A stretch of DNA of 64,000 nucleotides, taken from assembly GCA_965637545.1 (NCBI GenBank), contig OZ281496.1:8370001-8434000 (forward strand), in the 5' to 3' direction. Every line of letters starts with the position of its first letter. Position 1 is the stretch's first letter. Of the stretch, positions 61,457 through 64,000 are shown piece after piece. Origin of the DNA: Phallusia mammillata (Eukaryota). A model generated the notes under the pieces. It was not told the origin of the DNA and made no database searches. It saw nothing but the letters and a program-made list of their open reading frames with translations. A program made the translations under genes and the position numbers.

Positions 61457-64000
61457 AAATTTAACGGACAAGTTGTGTTTACTGATGTAGCGTTGTCTAA
61501 CTTGTCTTACTAATGTGTTCTGATGTTGGAAACTGTTGTATATTTTACACCTCGCAACAACTTTACCCAATGCTACGTACCTTTTTTATCTAACATTTTT
61601 ACGCGCTTTCGCACCTTTTTATAAGCCCAAATTGCCTGCCTACTGTGTATGTTGTAATCGTTTGTAACTGGCCTCGTGGTGTGTGTTTGTGAACTGCTGA
61701 CGATTCTATTTGCATAAGGTAAGCATCCAGTACTATAATCGGTTGCCCCTTGTGGGTGGAGGTGGAGAAGCATCTGATTGTTTCAAGGCGGACTCCACCC
61801 TGCTTTAAAATCTTGTTGGCTCACAAATATCATTTGGCTCCCGCGAAAGTTGGCTCCAGAACGTTTACCCACTTCCTCCCTTGCCGCGCCCTCTACCTTT
61901 CACCCACTTCCCTCCCGCAGTCGCCCGTTGGGCCCTTGTCAGGGTCACTAACACTAGGGCCTTTTGAGAGAATTGACTACACCCTTCCGTACCTAGTTTC
62001 CCTGCGTGTGTCTCACCACAAAGGGAAGTTCTCTACCCCCACACCCTACCCGACAATCGAGCCGTAGTGTCAGATTGTACGACCCTTTCCACCCTTTCTG
62101 CACTTCCTTGAAACGAGCAGAGCCCTCCCCAAGACCGCCTCTAGCTCGCCAAACCCGGCCCTTCTCAGGGCCCTCGCGAGGGAAAGAGCTGTACGGACCT
62201 TCATTGTACCACGTGCACAAACGCACAACTCTCTGAAGTCCTCTGATTGGCTGCGATCAGAAGCAACTCACTTATCACGCATCAGTGATTTCCGATCGTC
62301 ACTCGACCGTTACGTACTTCTTTTAACCGCGACACGGAGGTACTCGCAAAACTTCCTAGAAAACGAGGCAATTCATCTACAATATGCTCAACAAGATTCA
62401 CTTTCCTGTCTGGAACCCAGAAGGGATTATAGAACCAAGAGGTGGCCTCACGGAGTTCACTTGCCTTACCCGTGAAATGGCCTAAGAAGTAGTCACCAAA
62501 TTGAAGAATGTGAGATCAGTTGATTTCGCTCGTCTGCACGATCAAGGGTGGAGAAAGGCATTTATTAAAGATACTGACCGAAAACACTGCTGCTAATACC
62601 GTTCATACCTCGACTTCGATCACTGAGACAACAGCAGCCAAGAAAACTCAAGGTGACATTGTGAATGAATCTAACGCTTTGTTGAATCCCGTAGAAGAGA
62701 CCACCTCGGGCGCAGACCAGATTCCCGACGGGACCGCCGACCCTGGACATCGAGATGATGAAAAGAACTTCTCGACAGAACCCCTAAATCTTGACGGGAT
62801 CTCAGTGAGTCCGATCCCGCTAGTTATTGATGAAGTTCATCGATACCCCGAGACATCTATGGCAGGCGAAGATAATATCAATGCCCGCGAAACAGAGCTT
62901 CTAGATCGCTAGCTAACGAGCAACAAGACCCTGACGCCCGCGCCACGAGCGCTTTCGCCAAAGTCACCGAATATTCTGAGGACAGCTCCAAGGGCGCCGC
63001 AACAGAACCAAAGAAGAATAAAGACCCTCCAGAGCTGGCGAGTCTTCCTTTGGCCGACCTAGACCTCATCAAAGAAGTAAGAATTCTGACAAAATCGGTA
63101 GTTATTAGTACCTAGGAAGAGTTGGAGGCCTTTCTTACAGGGTCCAATCTTCTCATTCCCCATCTTCATTAAGCGGTGGTACGAAAAAGCGATATAAATT
63201 TAGCACCAAGCATGCTGCGCCATGTAATTTTAGCGCGGATGTAGATGTTCCGCCCGGTAATGGGGACGCCTTTTGCCCTACATGCGCAAGTTACTTTAAA
63301 CGTTGTAAATGTAATGTAATTACGTGCCTTGGAGTAGCGATTATTGCTGGTGCTGCGGTAACCTGGTACAACCAGACCCTAAACTTAATCAACACGTACT
63401 GATAGAACCTTTTCTCAGCGCGTGCACTGCTTGTAGATTTGTCTCCAGTTTAAAGTAAAACATCGTTATTAGATAACATCACCTTTATTGCCCGGTTTGT
63501 CATATTGTTGCTTTTTTTGCATTCACGGCTATCCCTGTTAGCCAATTAAAGCTTTGATTTTGTTCAACAAGCCCACAAACTTGATTCATGTTGTTGTATC
63601 GTGTTCAACTGTTTTTTGTTTGTTTTTCATCTAAAACTAAGGCCTTAAACTTTATAGTGTTTCAGTTTTATGCCTGTTTTTTACCTTTACCATGTACACC
63701 CTTACGGCCTACATTGCGTCAGCGCGCCCCCTCAGCGCTATTGGACAGCCCGATAACCAATCACAGGTCGAAACGAGTTTAACAACCAATAAGCTTAAAT
63801 TTGCGCTATCAAACTGGCTCATGAATATAGCTGTGTGTTTTTGCTAAGAGCATTGTTACGTTTTTCTTTCTTTTTTGCTGTGCTTAGTTCATTGCACGAA
63901 GCTGCTTAACCTTAGGCCCTAATTGGCCAATCCTGGACCAATGAGAAACTTCCCTTTTGCGTACGCTTTTACTGTAGTTTTATTGAACGCCGTTATTGTT

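Overview
AT-rich, intron-containing animal DNA with introns as short as about 55 bp. A marine invertebrate, plausibly an ascidian, is an inference from intron size and gene content; the sequence does not prove it. Left to right the window holds: (1) a dead RTE-clade LINE lying antisense in an intron of (2) a gene of at least 13 exons on the minus strand that I reconstruct as a type II transmembrane intelectin-like protein, with a tyrosine-rich cytoplasmic tail and a 172-aa four-exon insert inside the lectin domain; (3) a possible decayed LRR gene; (4) four paralogous CUB-ZP-transmembrane genes (A: 11 visible exons in frame; B: truncated; C: multiply lesioned; D: frame dependent on a G15 run). 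B and C are the arms of a roughly 4 kb inverted duplication that encloses a young BEL/Pao LTR element lacking the integrase core, a folded-back THAP/P-element transposase and a probably false 200-N gap. Also present are a two-gene intron-rich Harbinger transposon, a gag-only Gypsy element with near-identical LTRs, several hAT and piggyBac-type MITEs with perfect target-site duplications, tRNA-derived SINE heads, two hammerhead-ribozyme motifs and a Penelope GIY-YIG remnant. All exon models were built by hand from splice signals and phase consistency; no database search was run.
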